DNA from: Rhynchobatus australiae
Taxonomy: Eukaryota
NCBI GenBank assembly: GCA_034780895.1
Contig: JAUZTB010000064.1
Location: 112,154,040 to 112,218,039, forward strand
Reading direction: 5' to 3'
DNA length: 64,000 bases
Shown here: piece by piece, positions 12,962-26,189 of the stretch
Layout: the number at the start of each line of letters is the position of its first letter
How positions within the stretch are numbered: position 1 is the stretch's first letter
Position numbers and translations under genes: made by a program
Notes under the pieces: model-generated
The model's input: only the letters and a program-made list of their open reading frames with translations
What the model was told of the DNA's origin: nothing
The model's database searches: none

Positions 12962-13195
12962 CGTACGTGTAGTACTCCACTTCTGGTGGCAGTGGNNNNN
13001 NNNNNNNNNNNNNNNNNNNNNNNNNNNNNNNNNCAAACTGCTGTGCTTTTGAAGCTTCCAGAAATGCCAGGAACCTTGCTGTGAATGCAGCTATAAAAAT
13101 TGATAGCATTCCAAAATCTAGAAGATTCCACATTTGGAAAATGTACTCCCGCGGCCCTTCTGTCCAGATTTCCTTACATTCTGTCCACATCATGC
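12962..13195 (-). CDS. TRPC3: TRPC3 coding exon (equivalent to human exon 6), S2-S3; 38 internal bases are N
   Basis: (G)[54 protein letters not shown]13[11 protein letters not shown]; acceptor tttatag|GC, donor G|gtaagg; 234 nt, phase 1-1. Confidence 0.95.
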
Positions 13196-13291
13196 CTATA
13201 AATAGATTATTTTGTACGGTTAGTTTGTACTCAATTCTTCCCTAAAAGAATGATTTTATTACATGCCCTTCCCATGAAGGTAACTACCTAC

Positions 13292-13508
13292 CTAGTATCC
13301 ACACCATAATTAGCATTTCCGTCCAAGTAAACATGGTGGTTTTCATTCTGAAGACTTGTTCGGGATAATCCAAAACTGTGACATTGGGTAAGGTTTTGAT
13401 GCCTTCAAATCTGTCAGAGGCATTAAATACTAGTAAACACAGAAAGATGATGAAGGATGCTGCATGCATCACAAACTTCATGAAGGGACTTCTTAGAATC
13501 TTCCCCAG
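13292..13508 (-). CDS. TRPC3: TRPC3 coding exon (equivalent to human exon 5), S1, first extracellular loop and S2
   Basis: [72 protein letters not shown](G); acceptor ttcttctag|CTG, donor G|gtaggt; 217 nt; N-glycosylation sequon NVT retained. Confidence 0.96.
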
Positions 13509-14042
13509 CTAGAAGAAAAAAATTAAAATATGCATCCATCTTCTAGATACATGCCGATAATGTCTTTTTACCTCAGAAAAAAAACTGTTTTTCCCTGGTT
13601 AATCATCTGTGTACCCTTTTTTGATACTGAATTTCACACTGGAGGAATTATTTAAGCATTACCACTGGAAGTTGGTAACTTAGCTTCTCCTTTCATTTTC
13701 CTGCTGCAGTTGACTGTCTGGGCTGTGGTTCCACTGAAGTGAGACACCTTCTCCCAACTGTATGTGTTCAAAGACTGAATGTATTAACTTTTTGAGCAAT
13801 GGAGCCTCAGTCTTGCTCTCCCTTGAAAACCACACATAACTCTTTCCAGCAGGAATCACATATTTTGTTAACAAGGAACAGGAACACCAGTTACTATGCG
13901 TTCAAGTCCNNNNNNNNNNATGGTAACTACTTTAACATTGTGCTGAGATAGATGAGCATAGTACATGTTGGAAGCTGAAGCTGCAGCTTTCCTGTTCTAT
14001 ATCAACGTTAAATAGCCCAGTTGCTAATTAAGTCATGGACAT

Positions 14043-14395
14043 TGCATTAATGTATTGTTTTACAATCTTATATCGTCGTAGAAGCCAGAAGGTAATAAAA
14101 AGTCTTTATAAAGCTGTACATTTTCCTGGTGGCTGCAACATCCTTGTTAGACAGCACATTTGCCAATTAAATAATGGACGATGCATTAATGTATTGTTTT
14201 ACAATCTTAAATCATTTATAGAGGAGACATCAAAAGTCTTTGCAAAGCTGCACATTTTTCTGGTTTGGGCAACATCCTCATTAAACAGCACATTTGCTAA
14301 ATAAATTAATGACAATACATTAATGTATTGTTTTCCAAACATAAATCATTGTACAAGTTAGAATGCAATAAAAGTCTTTACAAAGCTGCACATGA
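14043..14395. repeat. Tandem repeat, ~135-140 bp unit, about 2.6 copies
   Basis: Units begin t(g/a)cattaatgtattgtttt at 14043, 14182 and 14316 and share aaagtcttt..aaagctg.acat; units 1 and 2 also share caacatcct...acagcacatttgc. Confidence 0.85.
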
Positions 14396-14919
14396 GTTTT
14401 TGACTTTTTGAGCTTTTACAATCAATTTTTCAAGCTTCTCTTGTGATGGATCAATCATAGTTGTAAAAAGAGCTGAATAGAACTCCAGCATTAGCTCCAA
14501 TGTTCAATAACAATAAAAAAGGTAATGGATAATGCACTTGTGAATAGAGCTATGCTAAGCTTGAGTATAACAGAGCATAAATCCAACCGCTAATTAAATT
14601 TTAATATGAAAATACCTTGACAAATTGGTATGATAGTAAATCAGCTATTACCAGTTCAAGCCACTTTAAATCAACCAATATTTCACTTTCATCTTGACTT
14701 AAACATTAAAATGTCAAAGTATTGATGCTGCCTGACCTGCTGAGTTCCTTCTGCACTTTTTGTATATTGCTCAGATTCCAGCATTTGCAGAATTACTTGT
14801 GTCAAAGTATTGATTTACCAGGTTAATGATAATTTTTAATTCTAGCAGTCACGGCCTGATGAAGAAAGCCAAGGCTAACAAGAGTATGATGACCACCACC
14901 CTTATTTGTTTGGGATAGT

Positions 14920-16680
14920 GTCATAGAGTCAGACAGCATGGAAACAGGCCCTTCAGCCCAAATTGCTGGTGTCTTCCTGAGCTGGTCCCATTTGCCTGCA
15001 TTTGGTCCATGTCCCTCCAAACCTTTCCTTTCCATGAAACTGTCCAAATGTCTTTTAAGCATTGTAGCTGTACCTGCCTCTACCACTTCCTCTGGGAGCT
15101 CATTTTGTATACCCACCACCTTCTGTGTGAAAAACTCGCCCCTGAGGTCCCCTTTAAATCCCCCCCCCCTCACCTTAAACCTATGCCTTCTAGTTTTAGA
15201 CTCTCCTGGGAAAAAGACTATGACCATTCACCTTATAATTGTTCCTCATGATTTTATAAATCTCTATAAAATCACCCCTCAGTCTCGATGAAGGCAAGTG
15301 TGCCAAACGTCTTCTTCACCACCTTGTCTACCTGTGTCACCACCACCAAGGAACTATGTAGTTGTACCCCTAGGTCTTGCTGTTTTACAACACTCGCCAG
15401 AACCCTGATATTTACTGTGTATATGTCTTGCCTTGGTTTAACTTCTCAAAATGCATCACTTCACACTTGTCTGACTTCTATTTGCTATCCCAATTGACCT
15501 AGATTCTGTTGTAACCTTAGACAATCTTCTTTCCCATCACCACACCACCAATTTTGGTGTCATCTGTAAACTTATGAATTATGCCACCTACATTCTCATC
15601 CAAATTGTTATTATATATGCCAAACAACAGGGGACCCAGCACCAATCCCTTTGGCACAGCACTGGACACAGATCTCCAACTGAAAAACAACCCTTCAATA
15701 CCATCCTCTGATTCCTTCCACCAAGCTTATTTTTCTAATTGGCTAGCTCATCCAGGATCCCATGTGATCTCACTTTCCAGACCAGTCTACCATGCAGGAC
15801 ATTGTCTTGCTAAAGATCATGTAGACAACGTCTACTGCCCTGCCCTCAATCAAGGCTATTGGCCACCTCTTCAAAAGACTCAATTAAATTCATGAGGCAC
15901 AATTCCCATGCACAAAGCCATGCTGACTATCCCTAATCAGTCCCTGCCTTTCCAAATGCAGATAGGTCCTGCTCTCAGCCATCACTGATGTTAAACTCAC
16001 TGGTGTGTAGTTCCCTGGCTTGTCCTTGCAACCCTTCTTAAATAAAGGCACATTAGCCATCCTCCAGTTTTCCGGTATCTCACCTGTGGCTAAGGACAAT
16101 ATAAAAGTCTCTGCCAGGGCCCCAGCAGTTTCTTTTCTTGCTTCCACAACATCCGAGGATACACTTGGGATTTATCCACCTCAATGTACCTCAGGAANNN
16201 NNNNNNNNNNNNNNNNNNNNNNNNNNNNNNNNNNNNNNNNNNNNNNNNNNNNNNNNNNNNNNNNNNNNNNNNNNNNNNNNNNNNNNNNNNNNNNNNNNNN
16301 NNNNNNNNNNNNNNNNNNNNNNNNNNNNNNNNNNNNNNNNNNNNNNNNNNNNNNNNNNNNNNNNNNNNNNNNNNNNNNNNNNNNNNNNNNNNNNNNNNNN
16401 NNNNNNNNNNNNNNNNNNNNNNNNNNNNNNNNNNNNNNNNNNNNNNNNNNNNNNNNNNNNNNNNNNNNNNNNNNNNNNNNNNNNNNNNNNNNNNNNNNNN
16501 NNNNNNNNNNNNNNNNNNNNNNNNNNNNNNNNNNNNNNNNNNNNNNNNNNNNNNNNNNNNNNNNNNNNNNNNNNNNNNNNNNNNNNNNNNNNNNNNNNNN
16601 NNNNNNNNNATCACACTCTTAAAAGCTTCCCACTTGCCATTCATTCCTTTCCCTTCACACAGACTCTCCCAATCGACCTT
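14920..16680 (-). mobile_element. CR1 LINE, internally deleted RT and 3' end (gap 16198-16609)
   Basis: FKVRGGGFKGDLRGEFFTQKVVGIQNELPEEVVEAGT...; ENWRMANVPLFKKGCKDKPGNYTPVSLTS...LIRDSQHGF. Confidence 0.88.
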
Positions 16681-17139
16681 TGCCCTCTCAATCCAGTCCT
16701 AGTCCCATTCTGGAGTATCTTTTGGCTCAGAATTCACTGTAAAGCTTAATACAGCACATACCCTCCGCATTTGTTCGCTGCATATCCCACCCCTGCTCAC
16801 CACTGCCCTCCAAACAATGCTCATGCTTATTTTATGAGGATCCTCCAGGAATAATCCATCAGTCATGGCAAGACCTAGGTGCAGATGATTGGAAAGAATC
16901 CTCTCTGTACATGATATGGAATTGCTGCACCTTCACCTTCACTGCATCCCTCACAAGACTCCAAGTGGAGTCCAGCATTGGAAGACAGTCAGAAAAACAG
17001 CCATGGGCAACTAACTGGAACTTTAAGATATGAATAGTCTGTCCATGTCATCTGCACATCTGCTGGGCAAGCCTCCTCTCAGTGTCGTGTTTTAACTCTT
17101 TCAACTCCATAGAATATAAAACACAGAACTTAGAACAGT

Positions 17140-17430
17140 GCAGCACAGGAACAGGCTCTTTGGCTCACCTTGTCTGTGCTGACCATGACGCTAATCTAAA
17201 CTATTTCCACCTGCTTGCACGATCCATATTCCTCTATTTCCTGCCTGTTCATGTGACTGTCTCAATACCTGTTAAACATTACTATCGTATCTGCTTCCAC
17301 CACTTCCCCTGGCATCTACCACCCTCTGTGTAAAAACTTGCACATCCCCTTTAAACTTTCCTTCTCTCATCTCATACCTATGCCTTCCAGTATTTGACAT
17401 TTCTTTCCCAGGAGAATGACTATCTACCCT
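17140..17430 (-). mobile_element. CR1 3' fragment
   Basis: gaacagtgcagcacaggaacaggc...ctaatctaaactatttccacctgc...ccctctgtgtaaaaacttgc...tttaaactttcct. Confidence 0.7.
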
Positions 17431-20400
17431 CTCCACTTCTTGTCTTTATCATTGTAGGGTTGCAGGAGATACCATCCATCCAGCTGCCCCTCAGCCCAGC
17501 ATGCAGACGAAGCACCCACCAGTTCAGGAGGAGGATACAGTGTCATTGTGTCTGTCTCCACCATCACATCGCTCAGAGACCAGTATCTTAAGGGCTGAAC
17601 AAGCTGGAATGGAGGCTCATATTTCATGTGGAGAGACAACTGGCAAGAACCATCTATAGTGAGACCATGGGGAAAGGTACATCAGTGTGTCAGCTCCCTG
17701 GAGGCAGAGATTAAGCATCAATTCTGCCTTGTGGAGTGGATGAGGACAATGCTGGAGAGCCATATGTGGGAAGGCTGATGTCGAAGTGCCAGCCAGTACT
17801 TTGCAGAGTATTGTCAAATTCCATAAAAGAGATTATGTACTTAGTGTGTTAAAACATTGGCATCTACATGGAAGGGAGCTGAGCTGACCAACAGTGCCAC
17901 CCGTCTACCTGGTGCTCAATGCCACATTGGAAGCTCTGGGGAAGGCTGGAAAGAAAGATCTCACAGGCTGGACGTGGTCTATGGCCATACATTATTTACT
18001 AATGTACAAGCAAATACTATGCCCAGACGTGGAAGATGGAATTTTGAGAACTAGATAATTCACTGCAAATGAGTGTGATTCCATGATTTAGACATAAAAG
18101 CATTGAAATTCAATTGCAATAGGCTCAAAAATAATGTGATATCTGATCAAATTTTTAGGCCATTATATATGCAAATACTTATCCAATCTACACATACAAA
18201 AGTACAACATTCAGGGACATAGATTTTATTAAGTAGTAGTTATGGCTTAGCATGTTATTAAAAACTCACATGCAGACAGTGCAACAAAATATAATCTTAT
18301 CAGGGCATTTCACAGCAAGACCCATTATCTGAGTTTACATCTGCACATTGACTTCTAATAATTGTGCTTCTGGAGAACTGACTTCAATTTCTAGATTTTC
18401 ACATTTAACACCAGATGTTTTGGCAGCATTTGAGGTATAATGATTGACATTGATCTCCATGAACAAAATTAGCAAAGGTTCCTTTTCCCGTTGTTACCCA
18501 GGTGTATATATATGAAAACAGGATTGGACTGAGCTGCGTACAACAATTGCAAAATGATGTACTAAAAGGCTGACACCAGAGGAAATTGTACTCTGATCAA
18601 AGTTTGCACAATCAGCAATAGAGTAGAATAGCAGAGGGACATCAGACTGGGGAATAATAACCATACTATTGATAAAGTATATTTAGAATGGAAGATAATT
18701 CTGCTGACATAATCTGAAGGAAGATCTTTATTTGCCCATGTATTTGCTTTCTGCAACTCAATTTGATAAAACGATCACAATTAAATCTGAAGCAAACTAA
18801 AAGCTCTGGCCCTGATATAAACATAATTAACAAATAAGCCAATGTTAGGAAATGATGTGATGTTTTGTTCCTTAATCTATATACTTTATCGATCTATGGA
18901 TGGTATTAATGTATATGTCACTGAAGAATGATATCTTCTTTTTAAGACGAGGACTTTGAAAGAATTTTCAGCAAGTCTGTTGTGACTCCTGGTAGTCAAT
19001 TTCCAAAACTGAAGCACAAAGAATATCATGGCTCTGAACTAAAACATTTTCATAAATGAAGTGCGCAATCTGTGAATTTATATTTTGTTATGCATATGTA
19101 CTAATCATAATAATGTTTTGAAAAATTCTTCGCAACATCAAACATTCATATTAATTACATTGTTTTGCTTTGTTTCCTCAATGAAAAATTGAGCCATTAG
19201 TTCTATGAGCTCAGATCATTAACTTTTTACACTGTGAGCATAGCATTTGCAAGCACCAGCAGATTTTTGGAAAATGCCAATGAACTCAAGAAGTAATTCC
19301 TGGTGAATCACTGTGTATAGCATCAAGGAGGAGTAAATGCAGTGAGGCGAAGAAGAGTTGGTGGAGTCAGGCACAATGACACTGTATCGTCCTCCTGAAC
19401 TGGTGGGTGCACTAATCACTTTTTTTGTGATGTCTGCAGGCAACAAATTAGTTATTAAGACAGTTTACCACTATGCTACCCAAAAGGAGCTAGGGCAGAA
19501 AATTAAAGGTGATGTTGACTCTGATCACAATTAGTGGTGTCATCATTGTTGGGAGCCTCCATACAGTAAACGCCTCAGCACTATGAGTGCTTCCGTTAAT
19601 CTTTGCTAAAATATGCTAAGGCCTGTATAGACTGGTGAAGATTGAATGATGGATTTGGTCCTCTGAGGACAGTGCCAGCTAATCTTGTTGCAATGCTCTC
19701 TTTCATCATCTCTCATATCAGAAATGACCAAGGATCAATAATTTTAGAGTGATTTGTCAAAAGGCAATGGATTCTGAAAAATTGAGTTAGATGCCCTCTT
19801 GCTCACTGAATAAGAAAGGTAGTATTCTTCGAACTTTCCTTTTTAAAGAAAATATGTCTAGAAATTCATTCCCACTCCAATCATGCTATGTTGTGAGATC
19901 AGCTCTTTGTACTTCCCCCAAAATTCAGTTCCAATGAAGTCGATATATAGGTGTATAATGGTACTGGATGAATTTCTGGGCAAAGCTTTCCACTGAATGG
20001 CTGTAAATTCTTTGTTTATAGCCAACATTCCAACAATTTTGTAGACATATTTCAACAGCTTCTGTGCTGATATTAAAATTTGTTGCATGTTCTGATCAAA
20101 TAAAAACAGAACTGAATCTAGGCTTAAAACCAGACCAGAAGCTGAGAAAAAATGATACTGCCTCATTAAAAGCCTTTCTGTTTGTGAAACAAGTGAATTT
20201 TAATAGAAGGAAATTGCATGGAGGATACCTAAATGTAACTTAAAATAGGAATTGATTATTTTAGTGAAGTGTTGGAAATTACACTTAGTGAAGTGTTTCA
20301 TAACAGGCCATCAGAAAGCACTGGGGTGCACAAGTCAACTAAAGATCCATCCAAATCAATGTCCACAAAATTTTCCAGCAACACTAGTAACCCTTATCCC

Positions 20401-23400
20401 CTCTCAGGATCAGTTCACCCCTCCATCTGTGCAGAACCTGTGAACTTGTTTTATTATGGGCATGTACTAATCACACATTTAATGTGGATATTAAAGCAGA
20501 TGAAGACAGACGAACAAGGTTCAGGAGCACAGCATTAATTTCTGCACCAATATGAAAAGTTGTTTGTAAGAGGACTTGAATAAGTTATCAAGTGCACTCT
20601 TACTGAGATTGACATTTTAAATCTTAGTTGAAGAAAAGCCTGGGTATGCAAAACATCTTTCCATTACTACCACTTCATAATATACTTCCATGGTGCTTTA
20701 CACGTAAAAGTCACAATTCATAGGTATGAGGTGGTGGCATTGTCATTTCTTGCTGCATATTAAGAGAAATACAGGAATTGTACAGTGCTCGATTTCATGT
20801 TGATAGGGCAGCCATTTTATCTAACTTCATCGTATGTGTGCGTTTTTTTTGTCTCCAACCATTCTGGTGGGTCTTTCAAGATATAAGGCAGACCACAATA
20901 TTCATGACCTCCAACAATATTCACCATCTGACTCATCTGTATGATTTTTCAATGGGAGTTGTGCTGTTTTCATTATTCCAAAAAGATAGTTTTTTAAAAG
21001 AGCAATATGATTAATTAATGTAGGGTGATCATACATGTATATATGTTATGTAAACAGCTTCGAGAGTAAAAATTATCTCTTATATTTATTCAGTAATATA
21101 AATAAATATGTGGGGTTTCCAGTGTTTAAAACAATAGATATCTAGTTACCAGTATTCATTTGATCAAAGATATGTTGAACATCGTGGTTGTGTCAGTAAA
21201 ATCAGATCCATGTGTTTGGAGTAAAAATATATTTCTGGTCTCTGGTTCATTAGGAAAAAAGATAATTCTGGTGGTGACCTAGATAACATTAGGGTCAAAG
21301 ATTGACGCTAACATCAGAAATAAAAAATATATTAGAAATACAAGATTTTGCTAAATAAAAAATGGGATGGTTATTCCTTAATTTAAGAAAAACAAATGAA
21401 TTCAAAGAAATTATTTACTTCATTAGTTTGAGACCTACTCTCTGTATAATGTACAATATCAGAGATTTTTTTGTCAGAAGCATAGATATTACTAAATTAG
21501 AAACAAAAACAGTTTGACACAATTCACTTCCTCAGGTAAAGTACAACATCCCCGAATTACTGTAAACTATGATGATTATACTGGAAGCACCACAGGAGCA
21601 TATTATGAAACAGACAATGGCAATTGTTTTCTATGACTAATCTATTCTTCAGCTGAAGTTCGAAATACTAATCATAACAAGAGTGTAAATTGTCCAAGTC
21701 CACCTACAAAAAACATATCACATTGGAGTAAAAAATTAAGTTGGTACTCCTGAAGATTGTTTCTCTATCTTCATCTGCTTTAGTCTCCTCATTTTCAGCT
21801 ACTACTACATCTTACAAGGTTCAAATCTGTTGCATGAAAAATGTTTTGACTTAACCCCGTAACATTAAATCATGACCCTGTAAATCCATGACACGCATTA
21901 ATATGTGAGATTCTTGATTGCTCCTTCTGCAATTCAAACTATTTTTTCACTTTTGGCTTACAATGCATTATATCAATAACCGTAGTTATATATCACAACG
22001 GTATGGATCACTTTTCAATAGATTTTTCTAATTAGAATTTTATGTTCGAGCTCTATTGAAGACATCCATGATTTTCTTAAACATGCGTGTCAGAGGAAAA
22101 GTTCTTTTAAATATATTTACATCACCGTACATGAAACAAGTCATTAGGATAGACCCAGTGATGTAGTAAATGTCTTAAAAGGATTTTTAAAATTATAAAT
22201 ATACAAAAACTTTAGACTTGAAGCTGTTCCAAACCTCAAAATGTGTGCTAAGCTGTTGATTTGCAGTAGGTTAATGCATGCCCTGTGTATGCAGCCTTTG
22301 CTGCTGCTGAAACTGAAGCCATCACTAAGAATTGAATCAGCTCTGCACAGTAATTCTAGCTTCACCATCACAGAGGAACTCCAGCATGCCACAGATCAGG
22401 GTCACATTTAAGAGAGACCAGAGAAGGTAGGAAGAGTTGGAGCCTCAGGTGGGGACAGGAGCTGAAGGTCAGGATTGGAGCAGCAGGTGTTTGGGGAATA
22501 GGGGCTGTGACGTGATTGGGCTGGGGTCTGGTGGTGGGAGAGACTGAAAGAGACCTGCATTTTGGGGATGGATTGTGGTTGGAGCATGTGGTAAGCAGAA
22601 AATGTAGATAGGGACCAACCTTTAGGAGCATCTATGCAGCTAACTTCATGGCCATGGACCAGGTTAAGCTGATCTTCATTAAGTTGTGCCAAAGCTCCTT
22701 GTGGGTTATGAATGCACAAATGAATTAGATAGAAATGACATCAATATGTGCGTTAAATGCTCTTTGATACCTGTACATGTATTTGAATCCCTCTATGTGT
22801 GCTTTTAATTCATTTCCATTGAGGACAACATTTCTAAGCCAGTAGTTTTAAATTAAATTTTTATCCCTTTAATAATGGCTTTAAACTGAGCAGGATAAAG
22901 TCTCTGATGAAATAAGAAGACAAGAGCAAGCCTTAGGCTAAAATTTAAAATATAAAGAGTTGAATTTCAAGGTACATGTTTCTACAGCTACTTCTGAGTG
23001 AATGAAAAATGACAACTCTTGAAGTACTAATGCCATTTACACTAACAATGACATCCAAACAAATACACAACATGTGCAGATTAAGTTGCTGCTCACAAAT
23101 TGAAAACTTTAATTTATGTCTTCCATAACCTGTGGCATTATGTTTGCATTTAAATTGTGAAATGATGCAAGCAATGTATATTTATCATTGTTTTCATAAA
23201 GAACCAGGCTTTGAAAATACATTGTGGGTCATTAGTCATGTTATGTTGAGCTGAATGCATTAATCTGGAATTCATTTAAAATAAACTGATTTATGGCATG
23301 AATAAAATATTGGAAAAAGAAATATGGAACAGCTGGGTTAAGGATTTGTATGCTAGCACACCACAGTGATTTCAAGGCTTTTGGAAATCTCTTTCACAAA

Positions 23401-23415
23401 GACAACACTGCATAC

Positions 23416-23580
23416 CTTGCTACATGGTGCAATCCAATAGCCAATTGCAAGAAATGGGAGTCCAATTGCAATAATGAGCACCACAAGGCATTTCATGGTG
23501 ATGGGTTGCTCCCGTAATCCTGAGAGGTTTTCATACCATATTGTGAGTAGCTGCTGCTGGCAATTTGGGTGGGCTACAAA
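23416..23580 (-). CDS. TRPC3: TRPC3 coding exon (equivalent to human exon 4), pre-S1 elbow
   Basis: [55 protein letters not shown]; acceptor ccttacag|TTT, donor AAG|gtatgc; 165 nt, phase 0-0. Confidence 0.96.
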
Positions 23581-25609
23581 CTGTAAGGAAGACATAATTA
23601 TTGGTTAAAACAATACCTTCAACATATAGGTGGACAGGTAAAATAACCTCTTCTTATTCCAATACTCTTCTGTTCTCATACATTTTATTTATGTGAATGC
23701 TTTTATGGAAAACAAGTAACCAGACCAATTGTCAATGTGATTGTGGCTTTGCTTTACCAATAGNNNNNNNNNNNNNNNNNNNNNNNNNNNNNNNNNNNNN
23801 NNNNNNNNNNNNNNNNNNNNNNNNNNNNNNNNNNNNNNNNNNNNNNNNNNNNNNNNNNNNNNNNNNNNNNNNNNNNNNNNNNNNNNNNNNNNNNNNNNNN
23901 NNNNNNNNNNNNNNNNNNNNNNNNNNNNNNNNNNNNNNNNNNNNNNNNNNNNNNNNNNNNNNNNNNNNNNNNNNNNNNNNNNNNNNNNNNNNNNNNNNNN
24001 NTGGTAACCTTCCAAATGGTTTCACACTGGAAGAACAGAGTGTCCTCTCAGCTCCACCCTGACCATTAACTTTTACCACCTTGTCTCTTAGCTGACCTAC
24101 CACAGAGGGTAAATGTAAAGGCCAGTCAGAGAAAGAGGGAGTATTCAGAGGCTGTTTTTTGAAAACTTACTGAAATTTGGTTAAAAAAGTGAAGGCATTT
24201 TCAACTTCTACACAACATAGACATGATATCAGAAGGATTATGGATTGCCAGTTTCAGCTAGTGGGAAGTTGCCAGCTTTTTAACAGAAATTCTCGGCTGT
24301 TAGGATTTGTTGAGGATGGGAGTGGGAACTATTGCTCAAGCTGCTGCCATATGAGGTAAGCATAAAGATAATTTAAAAAAAACCCTAAAGTGTTACCTTT
24401 TCAGATGAGAAGCGAATGCACAGGAGTTTATACTCCTATCATGAGAAACATGGAATGAGACAACAAGGAAATGGTCATTTGACTGATTATATCCATGGTT
24501 GCTCTTTGGTAGAACTATCCCACCCTTCTACTGCTTCCAAATAGTTTTTCAAACATCTATATATACATACAAATAGTGGCATTCTCAGAAAGGATAGAAG
24601 GTTCATGCTCAATGGAACAAACACCAGATCCCTAGAATGATGCCCCACATAACAACGTAAGCAATCTCTTGGAGGACAGATTGATGGAATATGGCGACAG
24701 CACTTAGACCTCTTTAAACACTGGCATCAAAGGCTCAGAGCAAGATGGCAAAGAAGTCAATATTTAGTATCAGGCAGAGGATGCTTTTCAAACTTCTTAG
24801 TTATTTAAACACTGTAGCCTTGAAAGTGCACTAAGAGGTAGCTTTAAAGTTGCAGTTCCTTTATGGATTATCTGATATTTATTTCTTTTAATCATTGCTG
24901 TCAAAATAGTGGACACAAGAATTTCAGATGGACACTCAATGTCCATTGCTATTCCATAGACTGTGTGGTTGATTTTATATCTATCAATCCAACAGAAGGT
25001 CAATATCGGGAAGGTTAAAATCATCAGGCTACATACCCACTTAGATCTTGATTGCAATATTACCCTTTAGAGTTTTCCANNNNNNNNNNNNNNNNNNNNN
25101 NNNNNNNNNNNNNNNNNNNNNNNNNNNNNNNNNNNNNNNNNNNNNNNNNNNNNNNNNNNNNNNNNNNNNNNNNNNNNNNNNNNNNNNNNNNNNNNNNNNN
25201 NNNNNNNTCCAGTCGGAGCTGTCTTTGCTGTTAGTCTTCAGGCATAACAAGATATTCAGGGAAATCTAAAACTTTCTTTTGTGAAACCAGAATGAGTCTC
25301 ACAGAGAAAAATGCAGCCTCTCAAAACCCAGACCTTCCATTTCCTTCATGTGAGACCCTTCTGAGATCTTCATTCCTGCCAATTACTTAGAAGTGAGTAG
25401 GGAGCCAAGGACACCCAGCACTGTCCTTCACCAGCCTCTGTCATTTCTATGCTTGGCACTAGTGAGTCAGCACACGGCAGTCAATTTAATTGAAATCCAC
25501 TGCTACTTAATCTGGAACAAAATACAACACTGGATGTAAGTTCTTAATGCACATTGTTAGTTGTAATTATAATTGTAACTAAATGGTAAGACTCTAAGGG
25601 AAAGTGTAC

Positions 25610-25798
25610 CTTTTTGACTTCATATTTAATGGCGAGTTTGACACGGGTCAAACCTGCTCTTTGGCCATGGTGTACTTCATCTTGATCAGCTTCCACATCA
25701 CCATTCAAAATAGCTTCAACTTCCTCACTGTCTCGGCACAGGTCAAGAACACCAACGACAAAGTCCTTGCATTGCATAGATAGCTTGCGGTAGTCATT
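25610..25798 (-). CDS. TRPC3: TRPC3 coding exon (equivalent to human exon 3), linker helices
   Basis: [34 protein letters not shown]...[12 protein letters not shown]; acceptor tttatatag|AAT, donor AAG|gtacac; 189 nt, phase 0-0, in frame with the previous exon. Confidence 0.96.
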
Positions 25799-26189
25799 CT
25801 ATATAAAAGCAATAAAAAGATACTGCTCAAGAAATTGGTTTCATATATCATATAGGTATTCTGTCTATGGAGTGCAAAAAGGCAAATTTGTTTAAAAGTT
25901 ATATTTTCTCTCTTATTTTGAAAAATAATTATTCGCTCTTTTGTTTCCTCCATGCCACAATCCCCAAGCAAGTTATGAAGAGAGAAAGGCAGCCTCAAAA
26001 TTGGAAGCGCTGAATGCTCATGTGTTAACTCATTCAAAAATTTATGCTTAAGCTTTCAGGGGAAGATTTTATATCTTTTCAAAACGCTTCTATAAAAATC
26101 CAGCTGAAATGGACAATATACAAGATGCTAAAAGAGAGGTATCAGATTGCAGTTCTATCAACGAGGGGCAGCATCCATTAGTACACCAT

